From the NCBI GenBank assembly GCA_964586695.1, contig CAZPGQ010000004.1:16865-54568 (forward strand): a DNA stretch of 37,704 bases, in the 5' to 3' direction. Position 1 is the first letter of the stretch. Each line of letters opens with the position of its first letter. The position numbers and the translations under genes are program-made. Shown piece after piece: positions 7,107 to 16,241 of this stretch. The notes below the pieces were generated by a model. The model had not been told where the DNA came from. It did no database searches and saw nothing but the letters and a program-made list of their open reading frames with translations. The stretch is from an uncultured Candidatus Saccharibacteria bacterium. GTDB taxonomy: Bacteria > Patescibacteriota > Minisyncoccia > Phycocordibacterales > DATDWN01.

Positions 7107-8963
7107 ATGGACAAAATAGATCAAAAAATAGAAGCGGCGGCAGCACCACACACACCACAAACAACACACAGAGAACCAAGAGGTCATTCTGGCACACGAA
7201 GCCGGTCTGCTTTCCGTGGTAAGTCTTTTAGTAGACGAGACACACCAACAATAAAGAACACTGTTAGAAAGACAGAAGACATTATTCCACCAATTGAAGG
7301 TGACAATATTCGAGTTATACCACTTGGAGGTGTAGAGGAAATCGGAAGAAATATGACAATGATAGAGTACAAAAATGACATCATTGTTATTGATATTGGT
7401 TTCCAATTCAAAGATGAAGACACGCCAGGTATTGACTACATCCTACCTAACACAAAATACCTAGAGGACAACAAGCATAAAATCCGAGGTCTGTTTATTA
7501 CTCACGGACACTTGGACCACATTGGAGGCCTACCGTTCCTTATCGATAGAATCGGTTACCCAAAAATCTACACAAGACAGTTTGGCGCAATAATGATTCA
7601 AAAAAGACAGGATGAATTCCCTCACCTACAGCCTCTTGATATACAAGTTATCGAAGGTGACGAAACACTTTCTATTGGTGAACTTAGAATAAAAACATTC
7701 CCTATCTCACACACAATTCCAGACTCAATGGGACTTATTATCGAAACACCACACGGAAATATTGTATTTATCGAAGACGTTAGAGTAGACAATATAAATG
7801 GTGTACCAACAGAAGAAGAAGTTGAACAGTACAAGAGATTCAAGGATATGAAAGTTCTTATGCTAACTATGGATTCGACTTCTGTAGAAAAACCTGGGTT
7901 CTCTCTATCAGAAAATGTTGTTATAGAGAATCTAGCAAGATTTATTACCGAAACAAAAAGCAGACTCTTTATTGCAACTTTTGCATCACAGGTGGAAAGA
8001 ATTATCGCTATTATTCAAGCTGCAGAAAAGTGTGGAAAGAAAATAGTAGTGGAAGGTCGTTCTATGAAATCAAACATTGAGATCATAAAACAACTTAAAC
8101 TGGCAGACGTTACAAACATAATCCCACTTGAAGATATAGAGAACTATCCACCAGACAGAATCGTTATGCTTGTTACTGGTGCTCAGGGCGAAGAATTTGC
8201 TGCTCTTATGCGTATTGCGAACAAAACTCACAAGTACGTTCGCCTACGACCTACAGACACAGTTCTACTTTCTGCATCCGTTATTCCAACAAACTTTAAG
8301 TCTGTTAACAACCTGAAAGATAACCTGTACAGATCTGGCGCAAAGATAGTTACGTATGTAGACTCTGAAATTCATGCTTCAGGTCACGGAAATCGGGAGG
8401 AGCTAAAATGGATACACCAGCAGATACCATACAAGTTCTTTATGCCAGTTCATGGTCAGCACTACATGTTGTGTCAGCACGCAGAACTATCATATGGTCT
8501 AGGTCACAACAAAGAAGATGTTGTTGTTCCAGACAACGGATCTATTGTTGAAATATATGACAATGGAGAAAAAATTAGAATCTTGAAAGAAAAAGTTCCT
8601 GCAAACCTAGTTCTAGTTGATGGTTTTGCTGTTGGAAATATTCAAGAAATGGTTCTAAGAGACAGAAAGATGCTAGCTCAAGATGGAATATTCCTTATTG
8701 TTGTAAGCATCAACACAAAAACAGGAAAGCTTAAAAAGTCACCAGATATTATTGCTCGAGGTTTCGTTTATGTTAGAGAATCACAAGACCTACTAACAAA
8801 CACACGAATGATAATAAAGAAAACTGTTGAAGACACAACGCAAGGAATGAACCCTATCGATTTTGATATGGTAAAATCAATACTTGCTGACAATGTTGCA
8901 AGATACTTATTCCAAAAAACAGCAAAGAAACCGATGGTTATCCCAGTTGTACTAGGAGTCTAA
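7107..8963 (+). CDS. rnj: Ribonuclease J (metallo-beta-lactamase/beta-CASP) with ~65-aa basic N-terminal extension
   Basis: IRVIPLGGVEEIGRNMTMIEY, HGHLDHIGGLP, HASGHGNREEL, PVHGQHYML. Confidence 0.9.
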   Translation: MDKIDQKIEAAAAPHTPQTTHREPRGHSGTRSRSAFRGKSFSRRDTPTIKNTVRKTEDIIPPIEGDNIRVIPLGGVEEIGRNMTMIEYKNDIIVIDIGFQFKDEDTPGIDYILPNTKYLEDNKHKIRGLFITHGHLDHIGGLPFLIDRIGYPKIYTRQFGAIMIQKRQDEFPHLQPLDIQVIEGDETLSIGELRIKTFPISHTIPDSMGLIIETPHGNIVFIEDVRVDNINGVPTEEEVEQYKRFKDMKVLMLTMDSTSVEKPGFSLSENVVIENLARFITETKSRLFIATFASQVERIIAIIQAAEKCGKKIVVEGRSMKSNIEIIKQLKLADVTNIIPLEDIENYPPDRIVMLVTGAQGEEFAALMRIANKTHKYVRLRPTDTVLLSASVIPTNFKSVNNLKDNLYRSGAKIVTYVDSEIHASGHGNREELKWIHQQIPYKFFMPVHGQHYMLCQHAELSYGLGHNKEDVVVPDNGSIVEIYDNGEKIRILKEKVPANLVLVDGFAVGNIQEMVLRDRKMLAQDGIFLIVVSINTKTGKLKKSPDIIARGFVYVRESQDLLTNTRMIIKKTVEDTTQGMNPIDFDMVKSILADNVARYLFQKTAKKPMVIPVVLGV

Positions 8964-8966
8964 AAA

Positions 8967-8999
8967 GAAAAACCACTCATATGAGTGGTTTTTCTTTTA
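8967..8999 (+). terminator. Intrinsic terminator after rnj
   Basis: Perfect palindrome GAAAAACCACTCAT/ATGAGTGGTTTTTC (8967-8994) followed by a T-run. Confidence 0.8.
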
Positions 9000-9032
9000 T
9001 AAAAATAATATTTAAGTTACAATATCTATAAC

Positions 9033-10208
9033 ATGGACAGACTATTGTTACCATTTAGACAAAATAGACTTTTAAATATTCTATTTCTATCTAACTTTTT
9101 TGTATCATTTCACTACGCACTTATTATTTATATTAACTCATCATTCCTATCAAACATTTTTAGCGATGCACAAGTTTCAGCAATATACATAATAGCCTCC
9201 ATTCTGACGACACTTATGCTGATTAACATATCAAGAATACTAGAAAAAATCGGACTTTATAGATTCACTTTATATTTACTTACAATTGAATTTCTCTGTA
9301 CTATAGGCCTAACAGTGGCAAAATCCCCAATTTTAGTCGGAATGTATTTTATTCTTCACACAATTACCATAGCTACGCTTTTATTTAATATGGATGTATA
9401 TGTAGAGAATGTTTCAAAGGATAAATCCATAGTTGGAGAAATCAGAGCAACATATCTAACAATAGCTAATGCGACTATTGTTTTGGCGCCAATATTTATT
9501 GCGATAATAGTAACAGATAGTGTTTATTCCTATATATACCTACTGTCTTCCATATCAATACTTCCTTTGTATTTTCTAATTAAAAAATTTAAAGATATAA
9601 CACACAAACCTGTAGAACATATACAAATCAGACAAGCTGTAATGGATTATATGAAAGATTTGGATCTCTACAATGTTTTCATTGCACAGTTCATACTACA
9701 GCTATTTTATGCTTTTATGATCGTATACACACCACTGTACCTACAAAAATATATTGGATTTTCTTGGTCAGAAATAGGAATTATATTCACAATAATGCTT
9801 CTTCCTTTTATCCTATTTGAACTTCCAGTTGGAGAACTCTCAGACAGAAAGTATGGTGAAAAAGAGTTTATGACTATTGGCTTTGTGATTATGGGTCTCT
9901 CCACACTTTTTATCAGCTTCATTACAGTTAAAGTATTCTGGATGTGGGCTACAATACTTTTTATCACACGTATTGGAGCAAGTTTTGTAGAAATAAGCAT
10001 AGAAACATATTTCTTTAAAAAAGTAGATGATGAAAAGACTAATGTCGTTAGCCTTTTCAGAGTAGCAAGACCTATCTCTTTTATTGTTGCTCCAATACTT
10101 GCAACCATCGCATTCCAATTCATAGAATTTCAATATATTTTTATACTAATAGGTCTAACAATGATTTTTGGAACGTGGTATTCTATGGCACTAAATGATA
10201 CAAAATAA
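9033..10208 (+). CDS. MFS-type transporter (about 12 TM)
   Basis: 391 aa, hydrophobic throughout in a 6+6 helix pattern with a central loop (KKFKDITHKPVEH) and an ELPVGELSDRKYG loop motif. Confidence 0.65.
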   Translation: MDRLLLPFRQNRLLNILFLSNFFVSFHYALIIYINSSFLSNIFSDAQVSAIYIIASILTTLMLINISRILEKIGLYRFTLYLLTIEFLCTIGLTVAKSPILVGMYFILHTITIATLLFNMDVYVENVSKDKSIVGEIRATYLTIANATIVLAPIFIAIIVTDSVYSYIYLLSSISILPLYFLIKKFKDITHKPVEHIQIRQAVMDYMKDLDLYNVFIAQFILQLFYAFMIVYTPLYLQKYIGFSWSEIGIIFTIMLLPFILFELPVGELSDRKYGEKEFMTIGFVIMGLSTLFISFITVKVFWMWATILFITRIGASFVEISIETYFFKKVDDEKTNVVSLFRVARPISFIVAPILATIAFQFIEFQYIFILIGLTMIFGTWYSMALNDTK

Positions 10209-10234
10209 TCACCCTCTCGGGTGATTATTTTTAT
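10207..10234. terminator. Bidirectional hairpin terminator between convergent genes
   Basis: AATCACCC-TCTC-GGGTGATT (10207-10226) followed by ATTTTTAT; A-rich on the left side. Confidence 0.7.
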
Positions 10235-10235
10235 C

Positions 10236-10622
10236 TTACTTCTTTGCTTTCTTGGTAGGTTTCGCTACTTTGGTCCCTGCATCTATATGTTTCTTTATAT
10301 TCTTCCAGTGCTTCTTCAAATCAGCTCCTAACTCTTCTAGCTCGCCTTTATCTATGTTTTTTACTGATTGATATTTGTTAATAACATTAGTTACCAAACC
10401 ATAGTATATATCCTCATTCACATCTTTAAGATTCTCCAACTTTTCTAGAACTTCACCTTTAGCCTTAAGCATCCAACCCTTTATTTTAGCCTTTTTCTTT
10501 GCTCCGTCCTTTGTTCCATACAAATAATATGCTCCAGCAAAACTAGCAGCCAAAATTCCAAGCCCCATTAATGCGGCTGGAGTCTTACTACCATTACTTT
10601 TTATTTTATTTTTTTCTGACAT
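10236..10622 (-). CDS. Small membrane-anchored, Lys-rich helical protein (YtxH-like?)
   Basis: N-terminal TM (AALMGLGILAASFAGAYYLY) followed by a charged helical region. No catalytic motif. Confidence 0.4.
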   Translation of the reverse strand: MSEKNKIKSNGSKTPAALMGLGILAASFAGAYYLYGTKDGAKKKAKIKGWMLKAKGEVLEKLENLKDVNEDIYYGLVTNVINKYQSVKNIDKGELEELGADLKKHWKNIKKHIDAGTKVAKPTKKAKK

Positions 10623-10650
10623 TTTTTAAATTAAATTATTGCTAATTCTA

Positions 10651-10971
10651 TTATTCTCCCTGATCATCTGACCACTGCTCGCTTTCAGCAGTTGTCCTTC
10701 TTTTACGACTTTTTGGCTTTGTCCTCATTAAACCAAGAAAAGAATATAGAACGTTTGTAATTCTATGACCCCCATCTTCTGCCTCTTCACGAAAAGCCTT
10801 AACGTCCTCTAATATTCTTTCTCCCTCTTCTCTTGCCTTTGCTGACAAAAATTTAATATCTCTTAATATCTTTATCAAATAATAAAGTGTAATTGCGATA
10901 GCTACAGAAACAACGACAGTCGACACTGACGAAATAATAAAAAATATATCTGATTTTAATATACTAGTCAT
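10651..10971 (-). CDS. Hypothetical small membrane protein
   Basis: One N-terminal TM, a charged helix (AKAREEGERILEDVKAFREEAE) and a basic tail. Function unknown. Confidence 0.4.
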   Translation of the reverse strand: MTSILKSDIFFIISSVSTVVVSVAIAITLYYLIKILRDIKFLSAKAREEGERILEDVKAFREEAEDGGHRITNVLYSFLGLMRTKPKSRKRRTTAESEQWSDDQGE

Positions 10972-10991
10972 GAGTCTAGTATAACACAGAG

Positions 10992-12896
10992 TTATTTTGT
11001 GAGACTATCAAGAAGCTTTTTGAGGGAAACTGAAGCCACGTCAATAATCGAGTCAGCCCCTCCATAGTACATATAAATGTAGCTATTTCTTACAACCGCT
11101 CCACAAGGAAAAACGACATAGTTTACTTGTCCCTCTATTTCATATGCCTCTCTAGGCTCAAAAACGGGGTCTGTCATCCTAGATAAAACCTTTGTGGGGT
11201 CTTTTAGGTCCAAAAGTACTGCACCCACTCTATATCGAGATCTACCAGAAACACCATGATACAGAAGAAGCCATCCCTTTTCTGTTTTTATTGGAGGAAC
11301 AGATATTCCTACTTTAACACTATCCCACATTCCAGATCGAGCTTTAATTATTGGAGTATTTATAAAACTATTTCTTTCTGGAAAACCTGGTGTAGAACCA
11401 AAATCTCCACAAATGTAGTTATGCACTCTATGGAACAAGAAATACTTACCGTCCACTTTTTCTGGATGCAAACAACCGTCTTTATCGTCAACACCATCTG
11501 CACTTACCAAAACAGGTTTTGACCAATTCCAATTTTTTTTCTTCAAATCTTTTTCTAAAATAGACGACATCGCAATAGAAGGTGGTGTTATTCCATTGTA
11601 AGCTGTGTAATACATATAAACAGTACTACCTATTTTGGTAAGTCTAGGATCCTCACAACCAGAATTCCCATTTGGCACACCCTTGCCCTCAAAAGACTCT
11701 CTCGGCACGTATGCAGGTTTATTGTCGATATAAGAAATATCTGTAGCATTTATACTTTCTGCATAACCAACAACAGATGTGTTGTCATTACCCATGGCTC
11801 TATAAAGTATTCGGACGACACCTGCTATATCTATTGCTGCTGGGTTAAATATTGCCTTTTCTTCCCACGCCACATCTTTTCTTGGTTTCATCAAAGCTCC
11901 TTCGCCTATTCTATGAAAACCGATTTCTCTGTATGGATATTCCATAGCATCTAAAAGGTCATCCAAATCAACACTAGCCAAAGCAATCGTCGTATCAGTT
12001 GCTCCATAATATATATGCAACCTATCATTCTTTATCAACGCACCACTTGGAAATATTGTATTACTTATTATTCCATTTTTCTCATACGGCTCTTCTGGAA
12101 CAAGAAGTGCACCTCGAGTTTTGCCAATTATCTTTTTTGGGTCTTTTAAGTCGAGTAGATATGCTTCGATAGCAAAAACTCTATCTGCTGAAGCGTGATT
12201 TTGTATTCTACAACAAACCAACAGCCATCCTCTTTCTGTTTTTATTGGGCAACTTCCTATCTCTATTCTGTCAGAGTCATCACCTTTTATAAAAATATGT
12301 TTGTTAAGGTTTGCATACCATTTATTCCAATACTTTTCATTCCACATGTCTTCGAGTTTAGTAAACTCCGCAATAGCCATATGAGTAGGAAGTCTATCTG
12401 GATTTACAGTAAGCAGGGCCATATATTTTCCGTCGATCTTTTCTGGAAAAAGACACATTGCCTTTGCATTGAAAGGAGTTATGAGATGTTTCTCAGTAAT
12501 CTTTTTCATATCCTTGCTTATAGCAAGGCCAACCTTAATTCCCTCTGGAATATTTAGTGGAAAAGCAGAAAGTGCTGTGTAGAAAATATAATACTTACCA
12601 TCAACTTTTGTAACACGAGGATCCTCACAACCGTATCTTTCCCAGCTATGTTCTGGAACTATAAAAGGCTTTCTATCTTTAAAAGATACACCATCCTTAC
12701 TTACAGCTTTCCCTATTACAGACATTGAAAAATTATTTCCTTCTACTTTTTCAGGATGAGACTGAGCTCTGTAGACCATATGAATATCATTTTTGATCTG
12801 TATCGGATTACCATTGAAAACAGCATAATTCTCAAAAGAATTTTCTGACTGTGGAGCAAGTATTGGATTTTGTTTTGATCTTCGTACTACGTACAT
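10992..12896 (-). CDS. Tandem double GH130/DUF377-type beta-propeller protein (putative beta-mannoside phosphorylase-like)
   Basis: Two internally duplicated halves: YGCEDPRVTKVDGKYYIFYTA / SGCEDPRLTKIGSTVYMYYTAY; KTERGWLLVCCR / KTEKGWLLLYHGV; HIYYGATDTTIALASV / YMYYGGADSIIDVASV. Start moved to ATG 12894-12896 (MYVVRRSKQNPIL), which removes the overlap with the upstream gene. Confidence 0.8.
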   Translation of the reverse strand: MYVVRRSKQNPILAPQSENSFENYAVFNGNPIQIKNDIHMVYRAQSHPEKVEGNNFSMSVIGKAVSKDGVSFKDRKPFIVPEHSWERYGCEDPRVTKVDGKYYIFYTALSAFPLNIPEGIKVGLAISKDMKKITEKHLITPFNAKAMCLFPEKIDGKYMALLTVNPDRLPTHMAIAEFTKLEDMWNEKYWNKWYANLNKHIFIKGDDSDRIEIGSCPIKTERGWLLVCCRIQNHASADRVFAIEAYLLDLKDPKKIIGKTRGALLVPEEPYEKNGIISNTIFPSGALIKNDRLHIYYGATDTTIALASVDLDDLLDAMEYPYREIGFHRIGEGALMKPRKDVAWEEKAIFNPAAIDIAGVVRILYRAMGNDNTSVVGYAESINATDISYIDNKPAYVPRESFEGKGVPNGNSGCEDPRLTKIGSTVYMYYTAYNGITPPSIAMSSILEKDLKKKNWNWSKPVLVSADGVDDKDGCLHPEKVDGKYFLFHRVHNYICGDFGSTPGFPERNSFINTPIIKARSGMWDSVKVGISVPPIKTEKGWLLLYHGVSGRSRYRVGAVLLDLKDPTKVLSRMTDPVFEPREAYEIEGQVNYVVFPCGAVVRNSYIYMYYGGADSIIDVASVSLKKLLDSLTK

Positions 12897-12909
12897 ATCT
12901 TTAATATTA

Positions 12910-13977
12910 TCACGCAAACCAAAAAATTGTATACGGCTCGTCCTTTGGATAAAATAAATCTCCAAATATTCTTATCAGAAATTGTGGCCATTTTCGTGGA
13001 TTGAAATTCTTTACAGGATAAGTAACGTAGATATTTGGATATACTTTTCTAAGGTCATGTAAAGAAGAAAAATTTTCAATTTTATTTACAACTTTCTCAA
13101 AGGCTGGAATTGGCAGTTTTTCAAAACTAACCCCAGCTCTCTTAAAGACCAACCTATCTCCTATTTTAATTTTACTAAAATCAGCATATCGTTCGTGAGT
13201 TAATCTCGCCTCATAATTTTTAACACCACGAGAAAGAAGTTTGAAATCTCTCATATCTTCCTTATAACAATGAACTGTATGAACAGTGCCATCATATATT
13301 GGATATTTGCGCATAATTTGCATATAGTCATCAAATTTTACTTTAAATTGATTTTTATATTTTGGATTTTTATCTAACCAGTAAGTTATGTCTGTATATC
13401 CTCCGTGAAATCCAAACTGTCCATTCCACACGATTGTTTTTTCACAACCTTCCCACGCAAAAACAGAAGCAACACTTTCTGGAGCAAAAATTATACCTTC
13501 TTTTTCTAGATACGGTCTTACATATCTTGATATGAAAATATCTTCAGGATGAAGAGGATAGTTTATTTTTGACCAATTTGCAGATAACCAATTAATCAAT
13601 TTTCTACTCCTCAAACTAAATCCACCATTACCTACCCTTAAATCCCCCAAGTGATACCATGGTGCACCTATATAATCATACTTTAAAAAATCATCGGACC
13701 AAGCATTTGGATTTAAAACAAAACCATCATATTGAATAATAAGAGCAAACTCGGTATCAATATACTTATGAAGATCTTTTATCATAAAATCAGAATATTC
13801 CTTTCCTGACTTTATTTTTTTAATATTAATTACCCTAGAATCATTACTTTTAATTGAAGTTAAAAGTTTAACTTTTGCAAAAGTAATTTCTTTGGTCGAT
13901 ATATCAGCCACAAGCTGTAGTCTCTTCAGATCAACACAATCTATACCAACAAGAGTGACATTATTCAGTATTTTCAT
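12910..13977 (-). CDS. DUF5672-like (putative glycosyltransferase-like) domain fused to a C-terminal ASCH/PUA-like domain
   Basis: YDYIGAPWYHLGDLRVGNGGFSLRSRKL matches my recollection of the DUF5672 signature. The C-terminal KLLSRGVKNYEARLTHERYADFSKIKIGDRLVFK is ASCH-like. TGA stop. Start MKILNN (13975-13977) overlaps the upstream gene by 17 nt; ATGs at 13989 and 14004 are alternatives. Confidence 0.55.
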   Translation of the reverse strand: MKILNNVTLVGIDCVDLKRLQLVADISTKEITFAKVKLLTSIKSNDSRVINIKKIKSGKEYSDFMIKDLHKYIDTEFALIIQYDGFVLNPNAWSDDFLKYDYIGAPWYHLGDLRVGNGGFSLRSRKLINWLSANWSKINYPLHPEDIFISRYVRPYLEKEGIIFAPESVASVFAWEGCEKTIVWNGQFGFHGGYTDITYWLDKNPKYKNQFKVKFDDYMQIMRKYPIYDGTVHTVHCYKEDMRDFKLLSRGVKNYEARLTHERYADFSKIKIGDRLVFKRAGVSFEKLPIPAFEKVVNKIENFSSLHDLRKVYPNIYVTYPVKNFNPRKWPQFLIRIFGDLFYPKDEPYTIFWFA

Positions 13978-15040
13978 ATTTAATATCATACAACTTACTA
14001 TCAATAATTTTTATTGGTAGTATCCTCTTTATTTCTTCAGCTTTTAGCGTGTAAGCTCTGACAAATGAGTCGTCAACATGAGCATACAATATCCCCTCCC
14101 CATTTTTTGTCTCAATAAATTGACTCGCGAAGGTTATTGCACGACCTCCATCTTTCCCAGCTTCACTATCTTGAATAATCGGCTCGGGAGACACCCAGTC
14201 TATTTTACCATTTTCATAATCATAAATATAAAGACCAATTGAAAAATCACCATATATAACCTGATTGCCTATATTTTTATTAGGTTTACATCCATTTATA
14301 ACTCCAAGAAGCTTGCCCTCACCAACATCTATAAAATTCTTAGAGAAAAGTGGTCCAGGTGAAGAATGACCAGAAATCCAGGGAATATTATGCTCCGCTG
14401 GATGAAATGCTGTTTCGCCATACTCCCACGCCCCACACATATCTTTAGCTATCGCCACCTTAATAATAGAATAAGTTATATCCGGTCTACGATCTCGTGA
14501 CTCTATCAAATTATACCTGAAACCTTTTTTATTAAGCGGAGCAATCGATACCTCTTTGGCTTTCATACCATCGGTTTCAATAAGTACAGGTTCTGTCATT
14601 TCAAGAGAATTCAAATCAGGGCCAAAAGCATGCCCAAGATGAGTTTTCATCATACGAGGAGAGTCGTCTATTGGCTTTATTGGTATTGTAAAATAAAGAT
14701 GCAATAAATTAGTGTTATTATCAACCCAAATATCTGGATCCTCTAACCCAATACATTCAAAACCAGGAGGAGTTAGTCTACTGATTATTTCTGATTCGTT
14801 TTTAATTACCAACTTTTCTTTTATTTCAAAATGTTCTAAATTATCTCCCTCTAAATAATGTAGTTCACTCCAACTAGTTGTCCCCTTAAACAAAAGATTG
14901 CCTTTTCTATTTGTTATACACCGAATAATGCCATTTTTATAACCTGTCTGTGGATTAAGTGTAATAGCCATCACATGTTTGAAAGTATCTTGTGGCTCTA
15001 CTGCCTTACTTGAATGTTGAGTAAAAATATTATTAGTCAT
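13961..15040 (-). CDS. Divergent GH130-like / five-bladed beta-propeller protein
   Basis: ECIGLEDPDIWVDNNTNLLHLYFT resembles the GH130 G-x-EDPR strand, and the C-terminal GILYAHVDDSFVRAYTL resembles the YYG-x-D strand. Weakly supported by eye. Confidence 0.45.
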   Translation of the reverse strand: MTNNIFTQHSSKAVEPQDTFKHVMAITLNPQTGYKNGIIRCITNRKGNLLFKGTTSWSELHYLEGDNLEHFEIKEKLVIKNESEIISRLTPPGFECIGLEDPDIWVDNNTNLLHLYFTIPIKPIDDSPRMMKTHLGHAFGPDLNSLEMTEPVLIETDGMKAKEVSIAPLNKKGFRYNLIESRDRRPDITYSIIKVAIAKDMCGAWEYGETAFHPAEHNIPWISGHSSPGPLFSKNFIDVGEGKLLGVINGCKPNKNIGNQVIYGDFSIGLYIYDYENGKIDWVSPEPIIQDSEAGKDGGRAITFASQFIETKNGEGILYAHVDDSFVRAYTLKAEEIKRILPIKIIDSKLYDIKYENTE

Positions 15041-15065
15041 TTTCTAATTTTAATATTTAAATTCA

Positions 15066-16193
15066 TTACACATTCATACTATATGTTTTCCTTTCTAAAT
15101 TCATTCTAGACATTATAAATAAACCTACACAAGCCAATGAAACAAATATAAATGCATATTTTATAGAAGCAATAAATATAATCGCAAATAAATATAATAA
15201 TAACCTGCCGGTCAAATTGGCAAATTCCCTAAAAAGTATGAAGGTTTGAGGTCCTTCTCTTTTTGCGTAGTTGTATACAATACTTCTTATTGGAATAAGT
15301 ATGAGTGGTTCAAAAAATGTCGCCATTATGGTTAACACGTATACAAATATTTGAGAAGTGACAAAAAACCTTAAAAGCCAGATTAAAGATAAAATTATCG
15401 AACCAATTCCAAATAACGACATTTTATTAAACCTATCTGTATATTTCCCAACTAGTAAAGTAAAGAGTATTCCACCTATCATACTTATAGTCCCAACATA
15501 ACCAATTGAGAGAAAATCTCTAAAGCTTAGGTACACAAAAATAGGCCATATTTTACCTTCAGCGTCTTCCTTCATATTTATAAATATTTCTGTAACAAAA
15601 TAATTTTTATATTCTTTAAAAAGTGTTTTAAATTTATCTAAATTTAAGCTACTAACATGATAGAATTCAGGTAAATATAACAATGGAATCGCTGATATAA
15701 AATAAAAGATACCAGATATAATAAAAAGATTTTTGAATCCTGAATTTATTATGACAACTGCTGAAATGATAGGTGCAAAAAGACCAACTATCCCTGAGAT
15801 AGCGAAGAATTTACTCAGATCACTCCCCATACTTTCCTTCTTGGTAGTATTTGCTATCAAAATATTTAAAGGAAACCAATATAATGAGTTCTGTAATGCT
15901 GACACAATAGCAATAAAATAAAATGGTATACCATAACTTTTCATTTTATACAGTAAGAAAAAATATAAAAATAAAAAAGGATAGTTTAAAATTACAGTTT
16001 TTTTAAGACCCAAAATACTTACTATAAAGTTAGCAAGAAAAAAGAAAAATAAAATACTAATAGAGTAAACTAAATAGTAGCTAAATACACCTGACAACCC
16101 TAGGTCATTACGTAGCAAATAAATCGGTATAAAAATTGATATAAATGAACCAGCTAAATCATATGTAGCCTTCATTATATAGACATTATACAT
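15066..16193 (-). CDS. Polytopic membrane transporter (MFS-like)
   Basis: About 11-12 TM helices. ATG 16191-16193 is preceded by AAAGGAGTGAT (an SD, rare in this window). The track start is GTG 16232. Confidence 0.6.
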   Translation of the reverse strand: MYNVYIMKATYDLAGSFISIFIPIYLLRNDLGLSGVFSYYLVYSISILFFFFLANFIVSILGLKKTVILNYPFLFLYFFLLYKMKSYGIPFYFIAIVSALQNSLYWFPLNILIANTTKKESMGSDLSKFFAISGIVGLFAPIISAVVIINSGFKNLFIISGIFYFISAIPLLYLPEFYHVSSLNLDKFKTLFKEYKNYFVTEIFINMKEDAEGKIWPIFVYLSFRDFLSIGYVGTISMIGGILFTLLVGKYTDRFNKMSLFGIGSIILSLIWLLRFFVTSQIFVYVLTIMATFFEPLILIPIRSIVYNYAKREGPQTFILFREFANLTGRLLLYLFAIIFIASIKYAFIFVSLACVGLFIMSRMNLERKTYSMNV

Positions 16194-16241
16194 ATCACTC
16201 CTTTCAGCCAGTCTCCGGAATATTGATTTCACTTTTTTATT

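Noticed and set aside
12897-12965. Longer start (MEIYFIQRTSRIQFFGLRDNIKD) for the double GH130 ORF
   Set aside because: It would overlap the upstream gene by 56 nt and add a non-conserved-looking peptide. ATG 12896 leaves a 13-nt spacer and starts right before the conserved NPIL strand.
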